Source: Lachnospiraceae bacterium (GTDB taxonomy: Bacteria > Bacillota > Clostridia > Lachnospirales > Lachnospiraceae). Taken from it: a DNA stretch of 64,000 nucleotides. Below the pieces are notes generated by a model. That model made no database searches. It was not told the origin of the DNA and saw nothing but the letters and a program-made list of their open reading frames with translations. The translations under genes and the position numbers were made by a program. The stretch covers positions 30,009 through 94,008 of the forward strand of contig JAFZQU010000036.1 in the NCBI GenBank assembly GCA_017620255.1. Reading direction: 5' to 3'. Shown here piece by piece: positions 1-8,896 of the stretch. Positions within the stretch are counted from its first letter, which is position 1, and each line of letters opens with the position of its first letter.

Positions 1-39
1 CAGACAGTGAACAGATCACAGAAAAAGGTGTCAGAAAGA

Positions 40-852
40 ATGAAAAAAAACCGTTTAACGGGCGGGGTTCTGCCGTTCCTGCTCTCTGCAGTGCTTGTGT
101 TGCTTGCAGGCTGTGCTGACAGCAGTGTTCCGGCAGATGATTCTCTGCAAAAAGTACTCGACAAAAAAGAATTCGTGCTTGGCCTTGATGCAAATTATCC
201 GCCCATGGGCTTCACGGATGAAAGCGGTGAGCTTGTCGGCTTCGATCTGGATGTGGCGCAGGAAGTATGCAACAGACTGGGCGTCTCTCTCGTAAAGCAT
301 CCGATCGACTGGGAAGAAAAAGAAAACGAACTCAACAGCGGCACGATCGACTGCATCTGGAACGGGCTGTCGGTGTCGGCGGAGCGTGCAGAAGCAATGA
401 ATCTGTCCGAGCCCTACATGCGCAACGAGCTGATCTTTATCGTACCGGCAAGCAGCAGTGCAAAGAGTGTATCGGATCTGGCCGGCAGATCGGTCGGTGT
501 CCAGTCCGGTACAACGGCGCAGGAAGCACTGGAGGGGTCCCCCTTATGTGCGGAGATCGCGATGGTGGAATTTGCCGATAACCTGCAGATGCTGAATGAA
601 CTGACGCAGGGCAGGCTGGATGCGGGACTCATCGATTCGGTGGCCGCTTATTACTATATCGCCAGAAGCGAGGAACAGTTCTTCGTTCTGCCGGACAGTT
701 TCGGCGAGGAGAGTCTGGCGATCGGATTCAGGAAGGACGACCATGCACTGCGGGACAGAGTGCAGGAGATCGTTAGCGAGATGAAGGCTGACGGAACACT
801 TGGCGCGATCTCCGTCAAGTGGTTCGGTAATGATATTACGATCGTAAAATAG
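40..852 (+). CDS. polar amino-acid ABC transporter substrate-binding lipoprotein (family 3 SBP)
   Basis: ORF 7..852. The ATG at 40 follows AAGGTG and is preferred over the GTG at 7. Signal peptide ends in lipobox LLAGC. DANYPPMGF, DLDVAQEV and IDCIWNGLS blocks are typical of polar amino-acid binding proteins. Confidence 0.8.
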   Translation: MKKNRLTGGVLPFLLSAVLVLLAGCADSSVPADDSLQKVLDKKEFVLGLDANYPPMGFTDESGELVGFDLDVAQEVCNRLGVSLVKHPIDWEEKENELNSGTIDCIWNGLSVSAERAEAMNLSEPYMRNELIFIVPASSSAKSVSDLAGRSVGVQSGTTAQEALEGSPLCAEIAMVEFADNLQMLNELTQGRLDAGLIDSVAAYYYIARSEEQFFVLPDSFGEESLAIGFRKDDHALRDRVQEIVSEMKADGTLGAISVKWFGNDITIVK

Positions 853-870
853 ACGGGAACGGAATAAGAG

Positions 871-2388
871 ATGAAACAGAACAGAAAAACGGGATTCTTT
901 TCCGTACAGACCATGATCTTTACAACGATCATCATCCTGCTTTTTATCGGGGTGATCCTGGTTTACTATGCCCGTCTTTATTCCGAAACAAGGGAGAGGA
1001 TCCTTAAGATCAGCGAACTGAACGCAGAATCCTCGGCGGAGCAGATCGATAAATACCTCTCGACAGGTGTGGATATCCTAAGACTCGCAGGCTACAGTCT
1101 CGACAATATGATCCGGGACGGCCGGTCACAGCAGGAGATCCGGGATTATCTTGTCAACCAGTCTTTTGCGATCCTGAACATTACATCTAAAAACTGCAAT
1201 GGTCTCTACGGCTATATCAACGGCGAATATCTGGATGGCACGGACTGGGTACCGGAAGAGGGGTATGAGGCGACGGCCAGACCCTGGTATGTCGATGCGC
1301 GTGCAAGTATCGGAAGAGTAGCTATTGTGGATCCCTATATTGACGCCGAAACGCAGACGACCATGATCTCGCTGGCCAAGACCCTGTGCGACGGGAAAAG
1401 TGTTGTCGCAATGGATTTTTCCATCCAACGGCTACAGTCGATCGCGGAAGAACTGGCAGACCAGGGTGACTGTAAGACGTTGCTGCTTGACCGTGGATAT
1501 CGTGTGATCGCGCATTCAGACAAGGAGGAGATCGGGAAGGATTATTTCCGCGGCGATGCATGCCTTGGCAGTGCGATCGTTGATCAGATGCGCTCCACCA
1601 ATGAAAACTTCTTTTCTCTTGATTACGAGGGATCCGAATACATCGTTTATGCAACCACTGTGGCGAACGACTGGTTCTGTCTGTCCGTTACGGATGCGAC
1701 ACCGGCATTCAACCACCTGAAACGTTCCCTGTCACTGATCATCGCGGCGGCACTTCTGATCATTGGCGTCCAACTGTTCATTCTGGTCCGTTCCGAGAGG
1801 AATACAAGGATCACGCAACAGCTCGCCGAAGATCTTACACAGGCGGAGAACGATCTTTATGAACGTGAAGAGGAGATCGGACAGATCAGTCGGGTCGCGT
1901 TTCGCGATGCGTTGACCGGAGTTGGCAGTAAAGCGGCACTTGACCGCTTTGCGGGTGAATTTACACAAACGCTTGAAACGCAGCCGTCTGCGTTTGGCAT
2001 TGTCATGATGGATGCCAACAACCTTAAATATATCAACGATGCATATGGCCATGAAGCAGGGGATAAATACCTATGCGGCTGCTGCCGGCTGATCTGCAAA
2101 ACCTTCGCACATTCGCCGGTGTACCGTATCGGCGGAGATGAGTTTGTTGTTGTATTGCAGAATGCGGATTTTGAAAACCGAGCCGACCTGTTCCGGCAAC
2201 TGAACGAAACATTTGAAAAGGCATATGCGAAAGAAGACGGTCCGGAATGGGAGCGTTACTCCATTTCGGCCGGCATGGCAGACGGCAGGCCGGAGGACAG
2301 GTCGATCGAACGTGCGCTCACGGAAGCGGATCATGCCATGTACAATGCGAAACAGGCATTCAGGAAAGATCACGGAAGTTACAGATAG
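871..2388 (+). CDS. membrane-bound diguanylate cyclase with periplasmic Cache-like sensor (GGDEF domain)
   Basis: N-terminal TM helix, Cache-like segment (RPWYVDA..VDPYIDAETQTTMISLA), second TM helix and a coiled coil. C-terminal GGDEF domain has an intact RIGGDEF motif. Confidence 0.85.
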   Translation: MKQNRKTGFFSVQTMIFTTIIILLFIGVILVYYARLYSETRERILKISELNAESSAEQIDKYLSTGVDILRLAGYSLDNMIRDGRSQQEIRDYLVNQSFAILNITSKNCNGLYGYINGEYLDGTDWVPEEGYEATARPWYVDARASIGRVAIVDPYIDAETQTTMISLAKTLCDGKSVVAMDFSIQRLQSIAEELADQGDCKTLLLDRGYRVIAHSDKEEIGKDYFRGDACLGSAIVDQMRSTNENFFSLDYEGSEYIVYATTVANDWFCLSVTDATPAFNHLKRSLSLIIAAALLIIGVQLFILVRSERNTRITQQLAEDLTQAENDLYEREEEIGQISRVAFRDALTGVGSKAALDRFAGEFTQTLETQPSAFGIVMMDANNLKYINDAYGHEAGDKYLCGCCRLICKTFAHSPVYRIGGDEFVVVLQNADFENRADLFRQLNETFEKAYAKEDGPEWERYSISAGMADGRPEDRSIERALTEADHAMYNAKQAFRKDHGSYR

Positions 2389-2400
2389 AGAGGAAAAGAA

Positions 2401-3399
2401 ATGCGAAACAAAAGAAACGGATGGATCGTAGCAGGCCTTGCAGGAATTCTGATGGCCTGCTGTCTTTTGGCCACGGGCTGTGACCGGGAGAAAACTGCAG
2501 ACAACGGAAAGATACAGATCGTTGCAACTGTATTCCCGGAATACGATTGGACAAAAAACGTACTCGGCGATAATCCCGCGGGAGCGGAACTGACACTGTT
2601 GATCGATAAAGGAGTTGACCTGCACAGCTACCAGCCGACGACGGATGATATCTTAAAGATATCCACCTGTGATCTGCTGATCTATGTCGGAGGGGAAAGT
2701 GATGCCTGGGTGGAATCTGCCCTGCAGGAAGCCCTGAACAAGGATATGATCGTGATCGATCTTCTGGATGTGCTGGGTGAACGTGTCAAAGAGGAAGAGA
2801 TTACCGAGGGTATGGAGGAAGAAGAGGAGGAAGAGGGAGCCGGGGAGGCGGAGCCGGAATATGACGAACACGTATGGCTCTCCTTAAGGAATACGGCTGT
2901 GTTTGTAAACACCATTGCAGAGGCCATGCAGAAACTGGACCCGGATCATGCGGACCTCTACCGGCAAAATGCCGGTCTCTATAACGGCAAACTCGATGCA
3001 CTTGATAAGCAGTATGAAGCCGTGGTATCTGATGCAAACGTGACCACACTTCTTTTCGGGGACCGCTTTCCGTTCCGGTATCTGACCGATGACTACGGAC
3101 TATCCTATTACGCTGCATTTCCCGGCTGTATGGCGGAAACGGAGGCCAGTTTTGAGACCATCACCTTTCTTGCAAAGAAGGTGGACGAACTGGACCTTGG
3201 GGCAGTCTTTACGATCGACGGAAGTGACGGCAGGATCGCGAAGACCATCATTGAGAACACACAGACAAAGAACGCGCAGATCCTGATGCTTGACTCCATG
3301 CAGTCCGTCACGGATACGGACATTCAAAACGGGACAACCTACCTTTCCGTCATGGAAGAAAACCTGAAAACGCTAAAAGCGTACCTTCAGGGACCCTGA
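2401..3399 (+). CDS. metal (Zn/Mn) ABC transporter substrate-binding lipoprotein, ZnuA/TroA family
   Basis: Lipobox LLATGC. IVATVFPEYDW, DLHSYQPT and DEHVWLS blocks. Long acidic loop MEEEEEEEGAGEAEPEYDEH at the position of the ZnuA flexible loop. Confidence 0.8.
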   Translation: MRNKRNGWIVAGLAGILMACCLLATGCDREKTADNGKIQIVATVFPEYDWTKNVLGDNPAGAELTLLIDKGVDLHSYQPTTDDILKISTCDLLIYVGGESDAWVESALQEALNKDMIVIDLLDVLGERVKEEEITEGMEEEEEEEGAGEAEPEYDEHVWLSLRNTAVFVNTIAEAMQKLDPDHADLYRQNAGLYNGKLDALDKQYEAVVSDANVTTLLFGDRFPFRYLTDDYGLSYYAAFPGCMAETEASFETITFLAKKVDELDLGAVFTIDGSDGRIAKTIIENTQTKNAQILMLDSMQSVTDTDIQNGTTYLSVMEENLKTLKAYLQGP

Positions 3400-3465
3400 T
3401 TGCGGAATGATGGTGTTCGTGCTATTCTTATAGGAAATTTGCAGTACGTAAGGGGGTGAATTTGT

Positions 3466-5130
3466 ATGAAAAAAAGAATCATGTGTCTGATCTTAACCAT
3501 GGGACTTATCCTGCAGCTGAGTGCCTGCACAGCCGGTCCGGTAACGACAGAGCCTGCGGATACGCAGAGTGAAAGTACCGAAACGGAAGAAGTTGTTGAG
3601 GAAGCCTCCAAGAACTATGGATGTGATCTGTTTGAGATCACCCTTCCGGACGGGATCGGTCAGATCGCGCAGGTGGAGACCACTGAAGACAGGATTGATA
3701 TTTACCATAAAGAGTCCGTGGATGCAGGCTTTGGCGGACTGGTCTTAAGTCTGTGGGGCGTGAAGGTTCCGAAGGAATTTGCCGGAGGTCCTTATGAGAA
3801 GATCGGCGAACTGACAAACGAAAATGGCGATACCTGTGATATGGTCAGGGGATACGCCACGGAGATCCAGTGGGATTACAACCTGCCGGATATGCCGGAT
3901 GATTTTAAAAAGATCGATGATGCGGTGGATGAGATCATCGGATCGCTGAAAGGCGTCAACGGCTATACCTACCGGGAAGGTGCCGGTATGAAGGGCGATG
4001 ACCTGTATCCGGATGTGCTCGCGAAATATGTGCAGGCCGTCAACGAATGCTGGGATGCCGATAAACTCGAGAGCGAAGAGATGTGCTCTGAGTTCTATTT
4101 TGTAGCGGCCTATTCCGATGACAACGCGCTTGACAAGATCGGATATGCATATGCGGATATCAATTCGGACGGTATTGAGGAACTCTTCCTCGGCGTGATC
4201 GATGACGAGGCACCGGAGGATGTGATCTATGATGTCTATACCATGGTTGACCGCAAGCCTGCAATTGTTGTCTCAGGGACGGCGAGGAACAGGTATTATA
4301 ACTATGACAATGCTTTCCTGTGCAACGAATGGTCCGGCGGCGCCGGGCAGAGCGGTGTAGACGTATATGCGCTCATGTCCAATTCCACGGAACTCGTGTT
4401 CCAGTACGGATATAAATATGATTCCTATGAGGACGAGGAAAAGCCGTGGTTTTCAACTTACGATCAGGAAACCTATGAACCTGTCAGCGAGGAAGAATTC
4501 AACGAAAGAACGAACATAGACTATGTGAAGCCTGATTACCGCCCGCTTTCGGAAGTTGCAGCCGCTGCTGAAGGTACGGATACGGAAAAATCAGGATCCG
4601 CAAAGCTTCCGGCCTATGCATACCCGGGACCGGAGCTTTTCTACAGCGTTCTTTATCAGTATCTGATCGATACTTATGCAGGAGGATATCCTGCCGCGGA
4701 CGTGACGATCCCCTGTCCGAACATTATCGCAGAGGATGAAAGTGACCCGGATGATATCCGTGTGTGGGGTGATTTCTGGGTTCTGAACTATGATCTGAAC
4801 GGAGATATCCTGGAGAATGCATCCGGCGGTTCCTATCCCGGGTGTATCCATCTGAAAAAGACGGATGACGGTTATGAAGTTACCGGCATGGATGTTGTGG
4901 GCGACGGATCGGATTTTGAACCGACTGCAAAGAAGATCTTCGGAAAGTATTACGAAGACCTGATCAAGAGCTCGGCGGATACGGAAGGCCGCGAAAAGAC
5001 CAGGGCACAGATCATTGCCAATTACGTGGCGGCCAATGATCTGCAGATCAAAGCCTATCAGGATTACGGCTGGGATCCGGTGGAACTGCCCGAAGAGAAC
5101 ATAGACAGTTTCTACAGTCAGTTGGATTGA
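3466..5130 (+). CDS. hypothetical lipoprotein (554 aa)
   Basis: AAGGGGG RBS upstream of the ATG. Signal peptide with lipobox LSAC. No catalytic motif recognised. Confidence 0.6.
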   Translation: MKKRIMCLILTMGLILQLSACTAGPVTTEPADTQSESTETEEVVEEASKNYGCDLFEITLPDGIGQIAQVETTEDRIDIYHKESVDAGFGGLVLSLWGVKVPKEFAGGPYEKIGELTNENGDTCDMVRGYATEIQWDYNLPDMPDDFKKIDDAVDEIIGSLKGVNGYTYREGAGMKGDDLYPDVLAKYVQAVNECWDADKLESEEMCSEFYFVAAYSDDNALDKIGYAYADINSDGIEELFLGVIDDEAPEDVIYDVYTMVDRKPAIVVSGTARNRYYNYDNAFLCNEWSGGAGQSGVDVYALMSNSTELVFQYGYKYDSYEDEEKPWFSTYDQETYEPVSEEEFNERTNIDYVKPDYRPLSEVAAAAEGTDTEKSGSAKLPAYAYPGPELFYSVLYQYLIDTYAGGYPAADVTIPCPNIIAEDESDPDDIRVWGDFWVLNYDLNGDILENASGGSYPGCIHLKKTDDGYEVTGMDVVGDGSDFEPTAKKIFGKYYEDLIKSSADTEGREKTRAQIIANYVAANDLQIKAYQDYGWDPVELPEENIDSFYSQLD

Positions 5131-5165
5131 GGACAGAACAGATCGGAACGTAAAGGAACGGGAAC

Positions 5166-5744
5166 ATGTCCGGAAAAGAGGAAGATCTGGCCTGGGAAGA
5201 GGTCAGGACTGAACATATCATACAGGATGAATGGATCGACATCAGGCGCAGTGCGTACCGCTTTCCGGACGGGACTGTTTTTGAACCGTTCTACAGTTAC
5301 AGCCGCAGGAACTATGTCGTGATCGTTGCATCAGACATAAACGGCGACTATCTTTGCGTCAGACAGTACCGGCAGGGGATCCGTGAAGTGACGACGGAAT
5401 TCCCTGCGGGTGCGATCGAAGGCACGGCGCAGGCACAGGAAGACACACTTGAAGCCGCAAAGCGGGAACTTCTGGAAGAAACGGGATATGTATCAAACGA
5501 ATGGACCTATCTTCTCAAAGTTCCTTCTAATGCTACGCTTGCGGACAATTACGCACATATCTTTATGGCAAAGAACTGCAGGAAGGCATCCGGCCAGGAT
5601 CTGGATGAGACGGAATTCCTGCACGTATACACTTTTTCAGCTTCAAAGATCGAGGCGATGATCGCTGACGGAGATTTCCAGCAGGCGGTCCATATCATGG
5701 CCTGGCTTCTCTCTCAAAAAAATAATTCAAATACAGACCTTTGA
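5166..5744 (+). CDS. NUDIX hydrolase (ADP-ribose pyrophosphatase-like)
   Basis: Nudix box GAIEG..X..EAAKRELLEETGY matches GX5EX7REUXEEXGU. Confidence 0.8.
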   Translation: MSGKEEDLAWEEVRTEHIIQDEWIDIRRSAYRFPDGTVFEPFYSYSRRNYVVIVASDINGDYLCVRQYRQGIREVTTEFPAGAIEGTAQAQEDTLEAAKRELLEETGYVSNEWTYLLKVPSNATLADNYAHIFMAKNCRKASGQDLDETEFLHVYTFSASKIEAMIADGDFQQAVHIMAWLLSQKNNSNTDL

Positions 5745-5812
5745 CCGTATTGTGACGGTCAAAAATCCCATATAATGATTTTTACATGAATGGAATAGGA
5801 GGAAGGATCGGT

Positions 5813-6376
5813 ATGAAAATGTTAAGAAACCGCACTGTCCTTTTTGCCTGTCTGATCGCAGGCTGCATGGCTTTAGCGGGCTGTGGCGGCAAGAAAAGCA
5901 CGGACCCGAACGTGGGACATTATGACGCGGTCGGGCTGGAGTACGATGGTTTCTCTCTGGACACGGATGCGGATGAGAACTATATCGAACTGAAGGACAA
6001 AGGAAAGCTGGAGATCATGCTTGAGGGCGAAACAAGTTCCGGTAAATGGTCTCTGGATGGTGACGAGATCTCGATCAAACTGGCGCATGACAGTAACGAC
6101 TATACGGGCGTACTGGACGGCGGCTATCTGGTGGTCGACCTGCAGGGTCTGGTTTATACCTTCTATAAGGAGGGCGGTGCTTCGGGCAGCGTTCTGCAAC
6201 GTCTGAAGGATGTTGAAAACGGTGTACCGGTATACGCCGGCAAGGAAACGGAAGAAGACGGCAGGGGCGATTATTTTGAGGACGAGGACTACTGGGACGA
6301 TGACAGCTCCTATGACGTTGAAGACTGGAACATTGACGAGCTGTTAGGCGATGACTGGTATGAAGAGGAAGAATAA
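5813..6376 (+). CDS. hypothetical lipoprotein with lipocalin-like module and acidic tail
   Basis: ORF 5786..6376. The ATG at 5813 follows GGAGGAAGG. Lipobox LAGCGG. C-terminal tail is rich in D/E/W/Y. Confidence 0.6.
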   Translation: MKMLRNRTVLFACLIAGCMALAGCGGKKSTDPNVGHYDAVGLEYDGFSLDTDADENYIELKDKGKLEIMLEGETSSGKWSLDGDEISIKLAHDSNDYTGVLDGGYLVVDLQGLVYTFYKEGGASGSVLQRLKDVENGVPVYAGKETEEDGRGDYFEDEDYWDDDSSYDVEDWNIDELLGDDWYEEEE

Positions 6377-6390
6377 AAGGAGACGGGAAA

Positions 6391-7356
6391 ATGAATAAGA
6401 AATATCTGCTTACCTGCTTTTTGATCCCGGCTTGTGCCCTGCTTCTTTCGGCATGCGGAAAAAGCGATGTACCGGAAGGGTACTTCACTTTGAACGAGAT
6501 CACGGAAGGGGACGAGACCGTAAAGGAAAAAGACCTCGATGACTACGGACTGGATGGCAGTTATCTGGTGTTTGACGAAGATGGCGAAGGATATATCATG
6601 CTTTTGGATACAGCGTCTGATATTTCCTTTAACAAGAAAGACCAGACCGTGGAGACCAAATACGGCGAGGTGGCGTTTAAAAAAGACGGCAAAAATGTGA
6701 TCCTGTCCGACGGTCAGGTTTCCATGACATTCAAAAAGAGCAAGAAAGATGCACCCCAAAAGCCTGATAAAGCCGACTTTGGTAAGAAGAAACCGCAGGC
6801 TGATGCGGATGACGGCACAGACGATATCGACTGGGATGCAGTCATGGGCGTTGAAGGCGATGCGCTGGGTACGTTCTGGAACGACAAGTGGTTCGGCTGG
6901 TGGGAACTGGACGGCAACATCAATGAATGGGATCAGTATGAGGACATCAAGTTCCCGGTACTTGCCACCACGTCTCTTGACAGTGACGGAACCGGCAACA
7001 TCTATCTGTGGGATAACGACGGGATGCTGGCAGACGTGACCTGTTCGAACAACGGATACGGCCTGACGGAATACGGCACGATGCTTTCAGAGAGCGGTGA
7101 GTTCTTCGGCGAGCCGATCGAACACGCGGACTGGAACATCGATCCGGGCATCTATGACGACCACAAAGGCTATATCCGGATCGATGCATATTACAGGGAT
7201 AAAGACGGAAACAATCTTTTCAGTTACACGATCCATTTAGTAAAATGGGGTCTTCCGTGGGATGATTTCGATGAAGACGAACTGCCGGACAACTATGAAT
7301 GGTACATGGATCAGATCAATTCCGGAAATCAGCAGCCGGAAACGATGCCTGAATGA
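6391..7356 (+). CDS. hypothetical lipoprotein (paralogous N-terminal module to 5813..6376)
   Basis: AAAGGAG RBS. Lipobox LSACGK. The N-terminal ~90 aa follow the same block pattern as the preceding lipoprotein. Confidence 0.6.
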   Translation: MNKKYLLTCFLIPACALLLSACGKSDVPEGYFTLNEITEGDETVKEKDLDDYGLDGSYLVFDEDGEGYIMLLDTASDISFNKKDQTVETKYGEVAFKKDGKNVILSDGQVSMTFKKSKKDAPQKPDKADFGKKKPQADADDGTDDIDWDAVMGVEGDALGTFWNDKWFGWWELDGNINEWDQYEDIKFPVLATTSLDSDGTGNIYLWDNDGMLADVTCSNNGYGLTEYGTMLSESGEFFGEPIEHADWNIDPGIYDDHKGYIRIDAYYRDKDGNNLFSYTIHLVKWGLPWDDFDEDELPDNYEWYMDQINSGNQQPETMPE

Positions 7357-7381
7357 TTTGAGATAACGGAGGATAGAAGAT

Positions 7382-8086
7382 ATGGCTTTTTGTACAAATT
7401 GTGGAACGCAGCTTCCGGACGGAGCGAAGTTTTGTACAGTCTGCGGCGCAGCGCTTGCCGCTCCGCAGCCCATGCCGGCAGTGCAGCCCATGCAGCAGCC
7501 CATGCCGGAACCGCAACCGGCTCCGGAAGTGATCGCACAGCCGGTATTCGAACCGGAACCGGTGCAGATACAGCAGCCCATGCCGGAACCCATCGTACAG
7601 CCGGTACCCGAACCGGAACCGGTGCAGATACAGCAGCCTATGCCGGCTCCCATACCGGCCGGACCGTCCAAGATGATCGGCCTGGACGTTGAAGAAGTAG
7701 ATATGGAAAGCGGTGAGCTGCCGCCGCCGATCGTAGGAACTTATGTATTCCCGGGGATGGGGCCGGCAGTACAGCCTGCGCCGCAACCGCAGATGCAACA
7801 GCCCATGCCGGCAGTACAGCCCGCACCGCAGCCGCAGATGCAGCAGCCCATGCCGGCGGTACAGCCCGTGCAGCAGACTGCAAGGCCGAAGAAGCAGGGA
7901 GGAAACAAGGCGCTCCCCATCATTTTAGGCATAGCAGGCGGCGTGGTGGCTCTGATCGTGATCATTGTGGTCGCGTTCACGGTGATCAGATCAAGCGGCA
8001 CTGCCGCTACCGGAGAGGGCGATGCACTGGTGCAGCTTCTGGATGAAGCTGCCGAGAACCGCGAAGCAGACGGATGGTACGATTAA
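7382..8086 (+). CDS. zinc-ribbon protein with Pro/Gln-rich tandem repeats and C-terminal TM helix
   Basis: N-terminal CTNCG..(11)..CTVCG zinc-ribbon. Two families of peptide repeats. TM segment LPIILGIAGGVVALIVIIVVAF. GGAGGA RBS. Confidence 0.65.
   Translation: MAFCTNCGTQLPDGAKFCTVCGAALAAPQPMPAVQPMQQPMPEPQPAPEVIAQPVFEPEPVQIQQPMPEPIVQPVPEPEPVQIQQPMPAPIPAGPSKMIGLDVEEVDMESGELPPPIVGTYVFPGMGPAVQPAPQPQMQQPMPAVQPAPQPQMQQPMPAVQPVQQTARPKKQGGNKALPIILGIAGGVVALIVIIVVAFTVIRSSGTAATGEGDALVQLLDEAAENREADGWYD
7538..7657 (+). repeat. 60-nt tandem direct repeat x2 inside CDS (encodes QPV.EPEPVQIQQPMP)
   Basis: Units 7538..7597 and 7598..7657 are near-identical when read directly from the sequence. Confidence 0.9.
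7766..7876 (+). repeat. 45-nt tandem direct repeat, about 2.4 copies, inside CDS (encodes AVQPAPQPQMQQPMP)
   Basis: Units 7766..7810 and 7811..7855 plus a partial unit 7856..7876, with few substitutions. Confidence 0.9.
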
Positions 8087-8121
8087 CACGAACAACATAT
8101 AAAAATGTAGGAGGATAAGAT

Positions 8122-8796
8122 ATGCAGTATTCAATCGAAGGCGGAAGTTTACCGGCACTCATCATCTCTTTGGAGCCGGGAGAAAAGCTGATCAGTGAGG
8201 TCGGCGGAAGAACTTGGAGCAGAGGAAATGTTTTAACGGAAACAACGTCAAACGGCGGTGCGGGAAAAGCACTCGGACGCATGCTGACAGGTGAGAGCCT
8301 GTTCATGAGCACCTATACGGCGCAGGGTCCTTCAGAGATCGCTTTTACCTCTTCGTTTCCGGGCAGGATCGTCGGGCGCGAACTGCAGCCGGGCGAATGC
8401 ATCATCGCACAGAAATCGGCTTTCTTATGTGCAACGGCGGGCGTAAACCTTTCCGTGCATGTGAACAAGAAAATGGGTGCGGGACTTGCAGGCGGCGAAG
8501 GCTTCCTGATGCAGAAACTGACCGGCCCCGGTATGGTCTTCTTTGAGATCGACGGCTACTGCAAGGAGTACAAGTTACAGCCGGGCGAGCAGATCGTCTG
8601 CGATACAGGCGTACTTGCACTGATGGACGGAACCGTTACGATGGATGTACAGTCAGTCAAAGGCCTGAAGAACAAACTGCTTGGCGGTGAAGGTCTGTTT
8701 GATACGGTTTTAACCGGTCCGGGAAGCGTTTTCCTGCAGACCATGACGATCGAAAAGATCGCGAAACTGATGATCCCGTTTATTCCGAAAAAATAA
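8122..8796 (+). CDS. AIM24/DUF124 (TIGR00266) family protein
   Basis: MQYSIEGGSLPALIISLEPGEKLISEVG start and an overall Gly-rich beta pattern typical of the AIM24 family. AGGAGGA RBS. Confidence 0.75.
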   Translation: MQYSIEGGSLPALIISLEPGEKLISEVGGRTWSRGNVLTETTSNGGAGKALGRMLTGESLFMSTYTAQGPSEIAFTSSFPGRIVGRELQPGECIIAQKSAFLCATAGVNLSVHVNKKMGAGLAGGEGFLMQKLTGPGMVFFEIDGYCKEYKLQPGEQIVCDTGVLALMDGTVTMDVQSVKGLKNKLLGGEGLFDTVLTGPGSVFLQTMTIEKIAKLMIPFIPKK

Positions 8797-8817
8797 CAGA
8801 ATCACCATAGCAGAAAG

Positions 8818-8849
8818 ATCCGCCGCGGATGTACACGGCGGATCTTTTT
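8818..8849 (+). terminator. intrinsic terminator after the AIM24-family gene
   Basis: Stem GATCCGCCG (8818..8826) pairs with CGGCGGATC (8836..8844), followed by TTTTT. Confidence 0.8.
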
Positions 8850-8896
8850 GTGGTAAAATCGACATGTAGTCAGTTGAAGATCCGGGGGGAATACTT

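Noticed and set aside
2806-2850. GAA/GAG-rich run
   Set aside because: It encodes the poly-Glu loop of the ZnuA-like protein in frame. It is a low-complexity coding segment, not a regulatory repeat.
5742-5785. Hairpin TGACCGT-N4-ACGGTCA after the NUDIX gene as a terminator
   Set aside because: An A-run rather than a T-run follows it on the + strand, so it may be only a weak or bidirectional element. It was not listed as a feature.
7237-7798. Gly/Cys/Arg-rich repetitive minus-strand ORFs (144 and 160 aa)
   Set aside because: They are the mirror image of the Pro/Gln repeats of the + strand zinc-ribbon gene, so their repetitiveness is inherited from the sense repeats.
7538-7876. Possible CRISPR-like or minisatellite array
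   Set aside because: The repeats are contiguous with no spacers, in frame, and coding for Pro/Gln peptide units inside an ORF. No cas genes are present.
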